A stretch of DNA of 64,000 nt from Sediminibacterium sp. (GTDB lineage: Bacteria > Bacteroidota > Bacteroidia > Chitinophagales > Chitinophagaceae): NCBI RefSeq assembly GCF_030695065.1, contig NZ_JAUYTR010000019.1, forward strand, positions 11,478 to 75,477. Direction: 5' to 3'. Positions 17,149-26,570 of this stretch are shown here, piece after piece. The position numbers and the translations under genes were made by a program. The notes beneath the pieces are model-generated. The model was not told the origin of the DNA and searched no databases. It was given only the letters and a program-made list of their open reading frames with translations. Position 1 is the stretch's first letter, and each line of letters opens with the position of its first letter.

Positions 17149-19575
17149 ATGCTGAATAAAACCATCGAAACTACTAAATGCTTTCACTGCGGAGATAATT
17201 GCGCGGGGCAACCAGTGGTATTTGATGAGAAAGCATTTTGTTGTAAGGGTTGTAGTTCTGTTTACCAGATTTTGAATAAAAGCAATCTTTGCGAATATTA
17301 CCTTATTCATGATGCTTCAGGTGTAAAGCTTCCCGAATCACCAGACCAACAAAAGTTTGGGTTTCTAGACAATGAAAAAATTGCAGCTTCATATATTGTT
17401 TTTTCTAAGCCCAATCAATTGGCTATAAAATTTTACTTGCCTCAAATTCATTGTAGTTCTTGTATTTGGTTATTAGAGAATTTACAAAAAGTGAATGATG
17501 GCATTTATTTTTCTTCTGTTCATTTCCCAACAAAAGAAGCAACTATTTATTTTAATCCTGCGGCCATTACTATAAGAGCCATTGCTGAGTTATTGGCTTC
17601 TATTGGATACGAACCCTATATTACTTTAGACGATGGTCAACAGTCTAAAAGGCAAGAAAAAATGGTATCTCGTACTGCCATGGTTAAAATTGGCATTGCT
17701 GGTTTTTGTTTTGCCAATATCATGATGCTAAGCTTCCCTGAGTATTTGGGATTAGAAACTATATCAGTAGATGGCTTAACCGCAAATTTATTCAGGTACG
17801 TTAATTTATTATTAGCATTGCCTGTATTACTTTACAGCGGGTCAGAGTTTTTCATCAATTCTTGGTTTAGCGTTAAACAAAGAAGGCTCAATATAGATGC
17901 ACCCATTGCATTGGCATTGGCCGTAACTTTTAGTAGAAGTGTGTATGAAATTATATCTGGAACTGGGGGGGGATACTTAGACAGCATGTCTGGTATTATA
18001 TTCTTTATGTTATTAGGAAGATCCTTTCAAACAAAAACTTTTGCAGACCTTTCTTTTAATAGAGATTATAAATCTTATTTTCCTGTTGCAGTTTGCTTGC
18101 TAGATAAAAATGGAGTAGAATCTTATATACCTGTTCAAGAAGTACAAGTAGATGATACCATTCGCATCAGAAGCAATGAAGTGATTCCAGTAGATGGAAT
18201 GCATTTATTGGGCAAGGCAGAAATTGATTATAGTTTTGTAACTGGTGAAAATGAACCTACTTCTGTAGCTATTGGAGACCTGGTGTATGCAGGTGGAAAA
18301 CAGTTAAATGGATCGATTGATTTATTGGTAGTAAAACCTTTTTCTCAAAGCAATTTTACTAGATTATGGAACAATGAGGCTTTTAAAAAAACAGATAAAA
18401 ACGTTTATTCATTTACCACAGTCATTAGTAATTATTTTTCTTTAGCGGTTTTAACCGTTGCTTTCAGCAGTTTTGCCTATTGGTATCCAACAAATATGGC
18501 CAATGCTTGGCAAGCAATGACAGCAGTATTAATAGTAGCTTGTCCTTGTGCATTATTAATTACAGCTACTTTTACAGAGGGTTTTGTGTTGAATATTTTT
18601 AGCAAGCATGGTTTATTTCTTAAAAATGCGCAAGTATTGCAAACCATTGCTACGGTAGATCAGGTGGTTTTTGATAAAACAGGAACACTCACTTATCCGC
18701 ATGCTTCATCAGTTGAATATATAGGTGATGCAATTGCAGATGACTATCAACAAATTATTGCTGCAATGGCTGCACAATCATTGCATCCTTTAAGTAAAGC
18801 CATTGCCAATAAAATCAGTTCTGCACCACGTTTGTTGGAGCATATTAAAGAAGTGGCTGGTGCAGGTATTGAAGCTTGGGAAAATGAAACGCATTTTAAA
18901 TTAGGATCAGCCCTTTTTGTAGGAAATGAATCAGTAGAACCAATGGCTTCTGAAGTTTGGGTGTCTATTGATAATAAAATATACGGCAAGTTTATTATTC
19001 AAAATATATTAAGGGCCCATGTAGATCGCCTAATACATGAATTGCCTTATCCGGTAGCTGTATTAAGTGGAGACAATAATAACGCCGAAAATTATTTAAA
19101 GCAACAATTACAGCGTCCTATTGCATATCACTTTAATCAGTCCCCTCAAGCTAAATTGGCTTATATAGAATCATTGCAGTTAAGTGGTAAAGAAGTCATG
19201 ATGGTAGGAGATGGGTTAAATGATGCAGGGGCATTAAGTAAAAGTAATGTAGGCATTGCAGTGGTAGATAATACCATTCAGTTTTCTCCTGCTAGTGATG
19301 CCATTATGTTATCTGGCCAATTACCATTGTTAGACCAATACATGAAAGCAGCTAAGTGGTCTAAGAATTTAATTAAAACTACTTTTGTTATTTCTACTTT
19401 ATACAATGTAGTAGGATTGTATTTTTCTGTAACCGCTCAAATGTCTCCTTTAGTTGCGGCTATCTTAATGCCATCCAGCACTTTCACTATTGTGATTTCG
19501 ACTATGTTGGGCGCTGCACTTATTGAAAAATTTTGTTTTAAACATATTGCTGATCTTAAAAATATACATCAATGA
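17149..19575 (+). CDS. ccoI: P1B-type ATPase CcoI/FixI (copper delivery to cbb3 oxidase)
   Basis: N-terminal CFHC and FCCKGC, HMA-like CSSC, TGE, CPC, DKTGT, MVGDGLND; cco context. Confidence 0.92.
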   Translation: MLNKTIETTKCFHCGDNCAGQPVVFDEKAFCCKGCSSVYQILNKSNLCEYYLIHDASGVKLPESPDQQKFGFLDNEKIAASYIVFSKPNQLAIKFYLPQIHCSSCIWLLENLQKVNDGIYFSSVHFPTKEATIYFNPAAITIRAIAELLASIGYEPYITLDDGQQSKRQEKMVSRTAMVKIGIAGFCFANIMMLSFPEYLGLETISVDGLTANLFRYVNLLLALPVLLYSGSEFFINSWFSVKQRRLNIDAPIALALAVTFSRSVYEIISGTGGGYLDSMSGIIFFMLLGRSFQTKTFADLSFNRDYKSYFPVAVCLLDKNGVESYIPVQEVQVDDTIRIRSNEVIPVDGMHLLGKAEIDYSFVTGENEPTSVAIGDLVYAGGKQLNGSIDLLVVKPFSQSNFTRLWNNEAFKKTDKNVYSFTTVISNYFSLAVLTVAFSSFAYWYPTNMANAWQAMTAVLIVACPCALLITATFTEGFVLNIFSKHGLFLKNAQVLQTIATVDQVVFDKTGTLTYPHASSVEYIGDAIADDYQQIIAAMAAQSLHPLSKAIANKISSAPRLLEHIKEVAGAGIEAWENETHFKLGSALFVGNESVEPMASEVWVSIDNKIYGKFIIQNILRAHVDRLIHELPYPVAVLSGDNNNAENYLKQQLQRPIAYHFNQSPQAKLAYIESLQLSGKEVMMVGDGLNDAGALSKSNVGIAVVDNTIQFSPASDAIMLSGQLPLLDQYMKAAKWSKNLIKTTFVISTLYNVVGLYFSVTAQMSPLVAAILMPSSTFTIVISTMLGAALIEKFCFKHIADLKNIHQ

Positions 19576-19733
19576 TTGTAATTGTTTTTTTACTCATCAT
19601 CAGTCTTTTGGTTGCAACAGGGTTCCTGATTGCATTCATCTGGGGGTCAAAAACAGGACAGTTTGATGATCATTTTACACCGGCGAATAAAATTTTATTT
19701 GATCAAACCAATCAACCAACAGAGAATAAATAA
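19572..19733 (+). CDS. ccoS: cbb3 oxidase maturation protein CcoS (53 aa, not in the ORF track)
   Basis: Translated by hand: MIVIVFLLIISLLVATGFLIAFIWGSKTGQFDDHFTPANKILFD...; the W-x3/4-GQFDD motif; ATGA overlap with ccoI. Confidence 0.92.
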   Translation: MIVIVFLLIISLLVATGFLIAFIWGSKTGQFDDHFTPANKILFDQTNQPTENK

Positions 19734-19739
19734 AACACC

Positions 19740-21875
19740 ATGCAGTTAGAAAAATTCAGTTTCGACAATTCCATCGTCCGAAAATTTGCTTTTGCCACCG
19801 TGTTGTGGGCAATAGTTGGGATGCTGGTTGGGGTAATTATTGCTTTTCAGCTTGCTTATCCCGCACTCAATTTAGGTATATCTTATACCAGTTTTGGACG
19901 ATTAAGGCCATTGCATACCAATGCAGTCATCTTTGCATTTGTGGGCAACGGAATTTACACCGGCGTGTATTATATGATGCCCCGGTTACTTAAAACCAGT
20001 ATGTGGAGTAAAGCCCTAGGGTTGGTCCATTTCTGGGGTTGGCAGTTAATCATTGTTTCAGCAGCGGTAACGCTTCCTTTGGGTTTAACACAAGGAAAAG
20101 AATATGCTGAGTTAATTTGGCCTATTGATATAGCCATTACCCTTATATGGGTGGTGTTTGGTATCAATATGTTTGCAACCATTCTTACCAGAAGGGAAAG
20201 ACATTTATATGTTGCCATTTGGTTTATTATTGGTACCTGGGTTACTGTTGCATTATTGCATATTGTAAACTCTTTCTCATTGCCTACTTCTATGACACAT
20301 AGTTATAGCTGGTATGCAGGGGTTCAAGACGCATTGGTACAATGGTGGTATGGTCATAATGCGGTTGCATTTTTCTTGACTACACCTATGTTGGGTATCA
20401 TGTATTATTTTGTTCCTAAAGCGGCTGGTAGACCAGTCTATTCATATAAGTGGAGCATTATTCACTTCTGGGCGTTGATCTTTATTTACATATGGGCAGG
20501 TCCTCACCATTTGTTGTATACTGCTCTACCTGATTGGGCACAATCATTAGGCGTAGTATTTAGTATTATGCTGATATTACCAAGTTGGGGTGGTATGTTA
20601 AATGGTATTTTCACTTTACGTGGTGCTTGGGATAAAGTAAAAGAAGATCCCATTTTGAAAATGTTCATTGTAGCATTAACCTGTTATGGTATGAGCACTT
20701 TTGAAGGACCGATGCTTTCGTTGAAGAACGTAAATGGTTTTGCGCACTATACCGACTGGATTGTTGCACACGTACACGTAGGTGCACTAGGATGGAATGG
20801 ATTCTTGATTTTTGGTATGTTGTATTGGTTAGTTCCAAGAATATATAATACCAAATTGCATTCTGTTAAAATGGCCAATACCCATTTCTTAATTGGAACC
20901 GTTGGTATTTTATTATATGCAATACCAATGTATTGGGCAGCCATTTCACAGGCTTTGATGTGGAAACAATTTACTCCAGAAGGACAGTTAAAGTTCCAGT
21001 TTTTAGAAACAGTTACTCGCATCATCCCTATGTATATTTTAAGAGGATTGGGTGGTACTATTTACTTAGTAGGAGTAATTATCATGGTAGTGAATTTAAT
21101 CAGAACTGCAAAAGCTGGATCTTTTGTTCCAGAAGAACATGGTGAAGCACCTGCATTAGCAGCTCAACCATTACCAGAAGGGAAAGCATATTGGCACTCA
21201 ATTATTGAAAGAAGACCAGTACAAATGTTGGTAATGAGTTTGATAGTTGTATCTGTTGGAGGTGCTATAGAAATCATCCCCACATTCATTGTGAAAGAAA
21301 ACGTGCCAACCATTAGTACGGTTAAACCATATACTCCACTTGAATTACAAGGTAGAGATATTTACATCAGAGAAGGTTGTTATACTTGTCACTCACAAAT
21401 GGTTCGTCCATTTAGAGATGAAGTTGCCCGGTATGGCGATTATTCTAAAGCAGGAGAATCTGTTTACGACCATCCTTTCCAATGGGGAAGCAAGCGTACC
21501 GGACCAGATTTGGCTCGTCAAGCAAATAAATATCCCAACAGTTGGCATTACAGACATATGAATGATCCTGAAGAAATATCTCAAGGTTCCATTATGCCAC
21601 CTTATCCTTGGTTATTAGACAATGATTTAGACATCAGCACTACTCCAGGTAAAATAAGGGCAATGCAAACTTTAGGCGTTCCTTATCCTGAAGGCTATGA
21701 TCAAAAAGCAAACAACGATTTGAAAATGCAGGCCGATGAAATTGCTGCAGATTTAAATGCAAACAGAATCAAAGCAAAAAGTGGAAAAGAAATCATTGCA
21801 TTGATTGCGTATTTGCAAAGATTGGGTGCCGATTTAAAGAAAGCGCCTGAGGCAGAAATTAAAACATTGCACTAA
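19740..21875 (+). CDS. ccoN: cbb3-type cytochrome c oxidase, fused subunits I+II (CcoN-CcoO)
   Basis: RLRPLHTNAVIF, WWYGHNAV, WAGPHH, HVHVG; C-terminal CcoO part with EGCYTCHSQMVRP and GSKRTGPDL. Confidence 0.97.
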   Translation: MQLEKFSFDNSIVRKFAFATVLWAIVGMLVGVIIAFQLAYPALNLGISYTSFGRLRPLHTNAVIFAFVGNGIYTGVYYMMPRLLKTSMWSKALGLVHFWGWQLIIVSAAVTLPLGLTQGKEYAELIWPIDIAITLIWVVFGINMFATILTRRERHLYVAIWFIIGTWVTVALLHIVNSFSLPTSMTHSYSWYAGVQDALVQWWYGHNAVAFFLTTPMLGIMYYFVPKAAGRPVYSYKWSIIHFWALIFIYIWAGPHHLLYTALPDWAQSLGVVFSIMLILPSWGGMLNGIFTLRGAWDKVKEDPILKMFIVALTCYGMSTFEGPMLSLKNVNGFAHYTDWIVAHVHVGALGWNGFLIFGMLYWLVPRIYNTKLHSVKMANTHFLIGTVGILLYAIPMYWAAISQALMWKQFTPEGQLKFQFLETVTRIIPMYILRGLGGTIYLVGVIIMVVNLIRTAKAGSFVPEEHGEAPALAAQPLPEGKAYWHSIIERRPVQMLVMSLIVVSVGGAIEIIPTFIVKENVPTISTVKPYTPLELQGRDIYIREGCYTCHSQMVRPFRDEVARYGDYSKAGESVYDHPFQWGSKRTGPDLARQANKYPNSWHYRHMNDPEEISQGSIMPPYPWLLDNDLDISTTPGKIRAMQTLGVPYPEGYDQKANNDLKMQADEIAADLNANRIKAKSGKEIIALIAYLQRLGADLKKAPEAEIKTLH

Positions 21876-21886
21876 AATTCAGCTGT

Positions 21887-22048
21887 ATGAAATTTAAAAA
21901 TTATGTAACCAGTATTGAAAACGTCAATATTTATCCAATGGTTTCCTTGGTAATATTCACGGTATTTTTTGCTGTGGTTACTTGGTATGTTTTGTCTGCC
22001 AACAATGAAAAAATGGAAAAGAATAGCCAAATTCCGATCAATGACTGA
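21887..22048 (+). CDS. ccoQ: cbb3 oxidase small subunit CcoQ/FixQ (53 aa, not in the ORF track)
   Basis: Translated by hand: MKFKNYVTSIENVNIYPMVSLVIFTVFFAVVTWYVLSANNEKMEKNSQIPIND; one TM helix ending in IP-x-x-D; lies between ccoO and ccoP. Confidence 0.85.
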   Translation: MKFKNYVTSIENVNIYPMVSLVIFTVFFAVVTWYVLSANNEKMEKNSQIPIND

Positions 22049-22061
22049 TAAAAAAATATAT

Positions 22062-23261
22062 ATGTTAACTACTATATCTTATTTCAAAAATCAAAAAGCA
22101 TTTATGCAAAAATTGCTCTTGCTTTTATTGGCCAGCTTAGCTGCAAATATTATTTGGGCGCAGGATGCAGCTAAAGAAGCGGCTCCTGTTGCTAAAGAAG
22201 TTTTTTATGATTCAACTGTTGCCTATGTATTGGTTACAGTAATTGGGTTATTAGCAGTTGTTATTTTTATGCTAGGGAATGTATTTATCCTTGCTATTAA
22301 AAATAAAATAGATCAAGAAAAACAACAGGGTGCTTCAAAAGCTGCCGTGTTAACTGGTTTGTTTTTTCTTCTTTCTGCTGGATCATTGTTTGCTCAATCT
22401 GCAAATTTACCTGCAGGAACCAAAACAGTGGTATCTGAAACCATCATACAAATGCTGGCATTTGTAGTGGTATTAGAAATGATTATCATTGTTTATTTTG
22501 CCAATGGTATACGAAGCTTTTTGAAAAAAGAAGCCATACAAACTGCGGTAGCAGCCGGAGCTGCTCCTGTTGTTAAAAAAGAAAAAATAGCTTGGTTTGA
22601 TCGTTTGTACAATAGAAATACCAATGAAGATATTGCGCGTTTAGATTTAGGTCATGATTACGATGGAATTAAAGAATTAGACAATGAAGTACCAGTATGG
22701 TGGAGATGGGGCTTTGCACTTAGTTTAATTTTTGGTGTGGTTTATTTATACAATTATCATGTTGCAGGAACTAAACCTTTGCAGCAAGCTGAATTAGCCA
22801 TGGATATGGAGCAAGCTGCCATTCAACAAGTGGCTTATTTAGAAAAATCGGCTAATAATGTAGATGAGAATACGGTTAAAATGATGGGTGCCGATGATAT
22901 TGCAAAAGGCAAGGAATTGTACATTAAGCCTGGTGCTTGTGCAACTTGTCATGCAGAGAACGGAAGTGCTATTGTAAATGGTGCTCCTGGAATTGGACCT
23001 AACTTAACTGATGATTACTGGTTGCATAAAGGTGATATTAAAGCCATTTTTTATTCTATCAAATATGGTTGGCCAGAAAAAGGGATGAAAAGTTGGAAAG
23101 AGGATTATTCGCCTATTCAAATTGCGCAGATTGCTAGTTATGTAAAATCTTTACAAGGAACCAATCCACAACCAGCCAAAGAAAAGCAAGGAGAATTGTT
23201 TGTTGAAACAGGCACTGCACCCGCAGCAACAGATTCAACTACAGCGCCTGCGATGAAGTAG
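22062..23261 (+). CDS. ccoP: cbb3 oxidase subunit III CcoP, one heme motif, extended N-terminus
   Basis: LGHDYDGIKELDNEVPVWW FixP N-domain, one CATCH, IGPNLTDDYWLH; start 22062 or 22104 (the track start 21969 overlaps ccoQ). Confidence 0.9.
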   Translation: MLTTISYFKNQKAFMQKLLLLLLASLAANIIWAQDAAKEAAPVAKEVFYDSTVAYVLVTVIGLLAVVIFMLGNVFILAIKNKIDQEKQQGASKAAVLTGLFFLLSAGSLFAQSANLPAGTKTVVSETIIQMLAFVVVLEMIIIVYFANGIRSFLKKEAIQTAVAAGAAPVVKKEKIAWFDRLYNRNTNEDIARLDLGHDYDGIKELDNEVPVWWRWGFALSLIFGVVYLYNYHVAGTKPLQQAELAMDMEQAAIQQVAYLEKSANNVDENTVKMMGADDIAKGKELYIKPGACATCHAENGSAIVNGAPGIGPNLTDDYWLHKGDIKAIFYSIKYGWPEKGMKSWKEDYSPIQIAQIASYVKSLQGTNPQPAKEKQGELFVETGTAPAATDSTTAPAMK

Positions 23262-23279
23262 GTGATATAAATTAAAATT

Positions 23280-24665
23280 ATGAGTGAGTCGAAGCAAGCA
23301 GATTTTAGGAGTTTACATTCAACTGTTGATAGTAAGGGAAAAAGGAATTGGGTGCATGCCCTACAACCCAAGGGTAAATTATACCAATACAGAACCTATT
23401 TAAGTTATGTGTATGTATTGTTGTTCTTTACCATGCCATTTATTAGAATTGACGGCAATCCCTTGTTTCAGTTTAATTTGCCTCAAGGAGAATTTACTTT
23501 TTTCGGCTCATTGTTTACTCCGCAAGATTTTATCATGTTTGGGTTAGGCATGATTATTTTCATGCTTTTCATTGTCATTTTCACCTTGATATACGGTCGC
23601 TTCTTTTGTGGATGGGTTTGCCCTCAAACCATATTCATGGAAATGATTTTTAGAAAGATTGAATACTTTATAGAAGGGGATGGCAACAAGCAAAAAATCA
23701 ATAATGGAAAAAAATGGACTACGGAACTTTATGTAAGAAAAACGATTAAGCATATTGTTTTTTTAATCATCAGTTTTGCTATTTCAAACACTTTTTTGGC
23801 CTATATTATTGGAACAGATCAACTGTTTAAAATCATCACTGATCCTTTGTCTGAACATATTGGGGGCTTTATTGCAATCATCTTTTTTACCTTGGTTTTT
23901 TATACTGTATATGCTTTTGTTAGAGAAATTGTATGTACCGTTATTTGTCCTTATGGTAGATTACAAGGGGTCCTATTAGATAAGAACTCCATTGTAGTAG
24001 CTTATGACTATTTGCGTGGAGAGCCTAGGAATAAAAAGAAAGCAGCTGAGGGAGCAGGCGATTGTATTGATTGTGGAATGTGTGTGAATGTATGTCCTAC
24101 CAATATTGATATCAGAAATGGTACCCAGTTGGAATGTGTGAACTGCACTGCTTGTATTGATGCATGCAATATGATGATGAAGAAAGTGAATAAACCAGAA
24201 AACCTAATCACTTTTGCTTCCGAGAATCAAATTGCTTCTGGTAAAAAATTTGAATTTACTTATAGAATCAAAGCCTATTCTGGCGTATTGGTGGTATTGA
24301 TGGTTTTATTGGGCATCTTGATTGTGACCAGAACTACATTTGATGCTACCATTTTAAGGGTACCAGGACAAGGTATGCAAGAGAATAAAGATGGAACTAT
24401 CAGTAATTTATTCAGAATTAAAGTAACCAATAAGAGCAATCGAGACCTTCCTTATAGGTTATTGGCAACTGATCCAGATGTAAAAATTGAAAGAATTGGA
24501 CAAACTTTGGATACATTGAGAGGTCGTCAGTTGGCCGAGGAAACTTTTTTCATAAAGGTAGATAGCAATAAAATCAAGAATAGGAAAGAAGAGTATGAAA
24601 TTAAATTATTGAGTGGCGACAAATTAATTACTACTAAAAAAGCCATTTTTATCAGCGACCTTTAA
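23280..24665 (+). CDS. ccoG: cbb3 accessory protein CcoG/FixG
   Basis: FFCGWVCPQT, CTVICPYGRLQ, CIDCGMCVNVCP, CVNCTAC ferredoxin motifs; Ig-like C-terminus. Confidence 0.95.
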   Translation: MSESKQADFRSLHSTVDSKGKRNWVHALQPKGKLYQYRTYLSYVYVLLFFTMPFIRIDGNPLFQFNLPQGEFTFFGSLFTPQDFIMFGLGMIIFMLFIVIFTLIYGRFFCGWVCPQTIFMEMIFRKIEYFIEGDGNKQKINNGKKWTTELYVRKTIKHIVFLIISFAISNTFLAYIIGTDQLFKIITDPLSEHIGGFIAIIFFTLVFYTVYAFVREIVCTVICPYGRLQGVLLDKNSIVVAYDYLRGEPRNKKKAAEGAGDCIDCGMCVNVCPTNIDIRNGTQLECVNCTACIDACNMMMKKVNKPENLITFASENQIASGKKFEFTYRIKAYSGVLVVLMVLLGILIVTRTTFDATILRVPGQGMQENKDGTISNLFRIKVTNKSNRDLPYRLLATDPDVKIERIGQTLDTLRGRQLAEETFFIKVDSNKIKNRKEEYEIKLLSGDKLITTKKAIFISDL

Positions 24666-24674
24666 AATAAAAAA

Positions 24675-25112
24675 ATGAATTGGGGATATAGAATTGTACT
24701 TGCATTTGGATTAGGCGTAGCTTTTATTTTATTTCTGGTATGGAAAACCATGCAAGTAGATATAGAAATGGTAGAGTCTAATTACTATGAAAAAGAAATG
24801 GCTTTTAATGGAAAAATACAAGCTACCGCAAACGCAAAAGCATTAACCAATCAAATTACTGTTGAACAACAAGGACAACAAATTTTAGTGAAAATAGATT
24901 CAACAACTGCTGCGGCTATTACCAATGCAGAAGTGCATTTTTACAATCCTGCATCAGAAAAATCAGATAAGAAAATTGCTATAAAAGCGACTAACAATGG
25001 GCTTTATTATTTTCCAGTAGCCTCTTTTACAAAGGGGAAGTATATAGCTAAAATAAGTTTTACCAGTGCAGGTAAAAATTATTATGCCGAAGAAGTGATT
25101 TTTATTCCTTAA
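24675..25112 (+). CDS. FixH/CcoH-family protein
   Basis: MNWGYRIV N-terminal TM, LV..NYYEKE-like motif; position after ccoG. Confidence 0.8.
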   Translation: MNWGYRIVLAFGLGVAFILFLVWKTMQVDIEMVESNYYEKEMAFNGKIQATANAKALTNQITVEQQGQQILVKIDSTTAAAITNAEVHFYNPASEKSDKKIAIKATNNGLYYFPVASFTKGKYIAKISFTSAGKNYYAEEVIFIP

Positions 25113-25114
25113 TT

Positions 25115-25825
25115 ATGGAAGTATTATTAATATCTGGGTTTGTTCTTGGCTTTGCCGGGAGTGTACACTGTATTGGTATGTGTGGTCCATTGGCTTTGTC
25201 TTTGCCCTTTCAAGTTTTTAATGGGTTCTATAAATGGATGGCTGTTTTCTTCTATAATATTGGAAGAGTTTTTACCTATATCGGAATTGGTTTAGCTGCT
25301 GGTTTATTGGGTAGGGGAGTGAACTGGTTTGGATTAACCCAAACCATTTCAATTGTTTTAGGCTTTATCATTGTTTTTTCTGTTTTATTGCCAAGATTAT
25401 TTCCTAAAACAGAATTGTCTTTATTAAAAGGGTTCAAGCAATGGCAAATCAACGCCATGCAAAAAATTATGCAGAAACAATCTGCTGGTTGGATGTTTGT
25501 TTTTGGGTTATTAAATGGGTTACTGCCTTGTGGATTGGTGTATACCGCTGTTGCTGCGTCTTTAGTAGCTCATAATGTTTATGAGTCTATGTTGTTCATG
25601 GGATTTTTTGGTATGGGCACCATACCTGCGATGTTACTATTAGTAGCTGCTGCTCAGTACTTACCTAAAAACATAAGGAACCAATTTAGAAAATTGGTTC
25701 CCGTCTTTACTTTTATTATTGGTTGTCTTTTAATATTAAGAGGACTTAATTTAGATATCCCTTTTGTTAGCCCTTATTTAAATTCGGCTATTCAAGGTAC
25801 TGATGCAATCAACTGTACACATTAA
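25115..25825 (+). CDS. DsbD_2 / TauE-SafE-like membrane protein associated with cbb3 clusters
   Basis: GSVHCIGMCGP, YNIGRVFTY, GLLNGLLPCGLVY, FGMGTIP. Confidence 0.85.
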   Translation: MEVLLISGFVLGFAGSVHCIGMCGPLALSLPFQVFNGFYKWMAVFFYNIGRVFTYIGIGLAAGLLGRGVNWFGLTQTISIVLGFIIVFSVLLPRLFPKTELSLLKGFKQWQINAMQKIMQKQSAGWMFVFGLLNGLLPCGLVYTAVAASLVAHNVYESMLFMGFFGMGTIPAMLLLVAAAQYLPKNIRNQFRKLVPVFTFIIGCLLILRGLNLDIPFVSPYLNSAIQGTDAINCTH

Positions 25826-25828
25826 ACA

Positions 25829-26569
25829 CTATAGTTGAGCTACCCACATTTTTCTAGCTCCTTCCTTTCCCCAATCTTTTAAGGCTTTGGATAATTCTGT
25901 TGTTAATTGCGCGCGGCCAACTTGTTTGCCTTTTTGCTTCACATTCAGCTCATTTACAGTGGGAGCAGCTAATTCGAGTTTAGTAGCAAACCAAGTAGTA
26001 TTCAATCTAGGAACAGCTAATCCCAATATCATTCCTGGAAGTCCGCCAAAACTTTCTGGGCCAGCACTTACCGGAATTTGATCGGTATAGAATGCTACCA
26101 CATAAACAGAATCACAAATTTTGGTAACGGCTTTTCTACATTCAAAGCCAGCAATTTCCCTGGTTTCATCTGCAATTTTCCATTCCCAACTGCGGCTACT
26201 GTCTTTGATTAAATAAGTGTTTTCAAATACCTCTTTTTGGCTAATGGAAATACCTTTTTTAAAATCCTGCATGCTTACATCGGTGTCAATAGGTTTGGTG
26301 CCCCACATATATTTATTATTGGGATTTTCTTTGGCTAATTTATAGACAGATTTGTCTGTAGTAAATTTGAGTTCGTATACATCTGATACGAATTTGGGTA
26401 TCTGCTTGAGTATTTCAACATTCCACATATTTTCCCCTTCATCTAGAATGGGGGCATGTTGATTGACTCTTTTTTCAAACTCTATTCTACCGGATTGTAT
26501 GAATTGAACTTGTGCATTTAAAAAACTGCTAAATAATAGAATTGTAAAACTGAATATGGTCTTTTTCAT
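25829..26569 (-). CDS. GLPGLI-family protein
   Basis: Signal peptide; WKIADETREIAGFECRKA, FYTDQIPVSAGPESFGGLPGMIL; start set at ATG 26569. Confidence 0.9.
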   Translation of the reverse strand: MKKTIFSFTILLFSSFLNAQVQFIQSGRIEFEKRVNQHAPILDEGENMWNVEILKQIPKFVSDVYELKFTTDKSVYKLAKENPNNKYMWGTKPIDTDVSMQDFKKGISISQKEVFENTYLIKDSSRSWEWKIADETREIAGFECRKAVTKICDSVYVVAFYTDQIPVSAGPESFGGLPGMILGLAVPRLNTTWFATKLELAAPTVNELNVKQKGKQVGRAQLTTELSKALKDWGKEGARKMWVAQL

Positions 26570-26570
26570 A

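Noticed and set aside
19545-19575. Possible FNR box at the ccoI 3' end (TGAT...ATCA)
   Set aside because: The half-sites are 13 nt apart rather than 4.
19740-21875. ccoN-ccoO fusion
   Set aside because: Established feature of Bacteroidota cbb3 oxidases.
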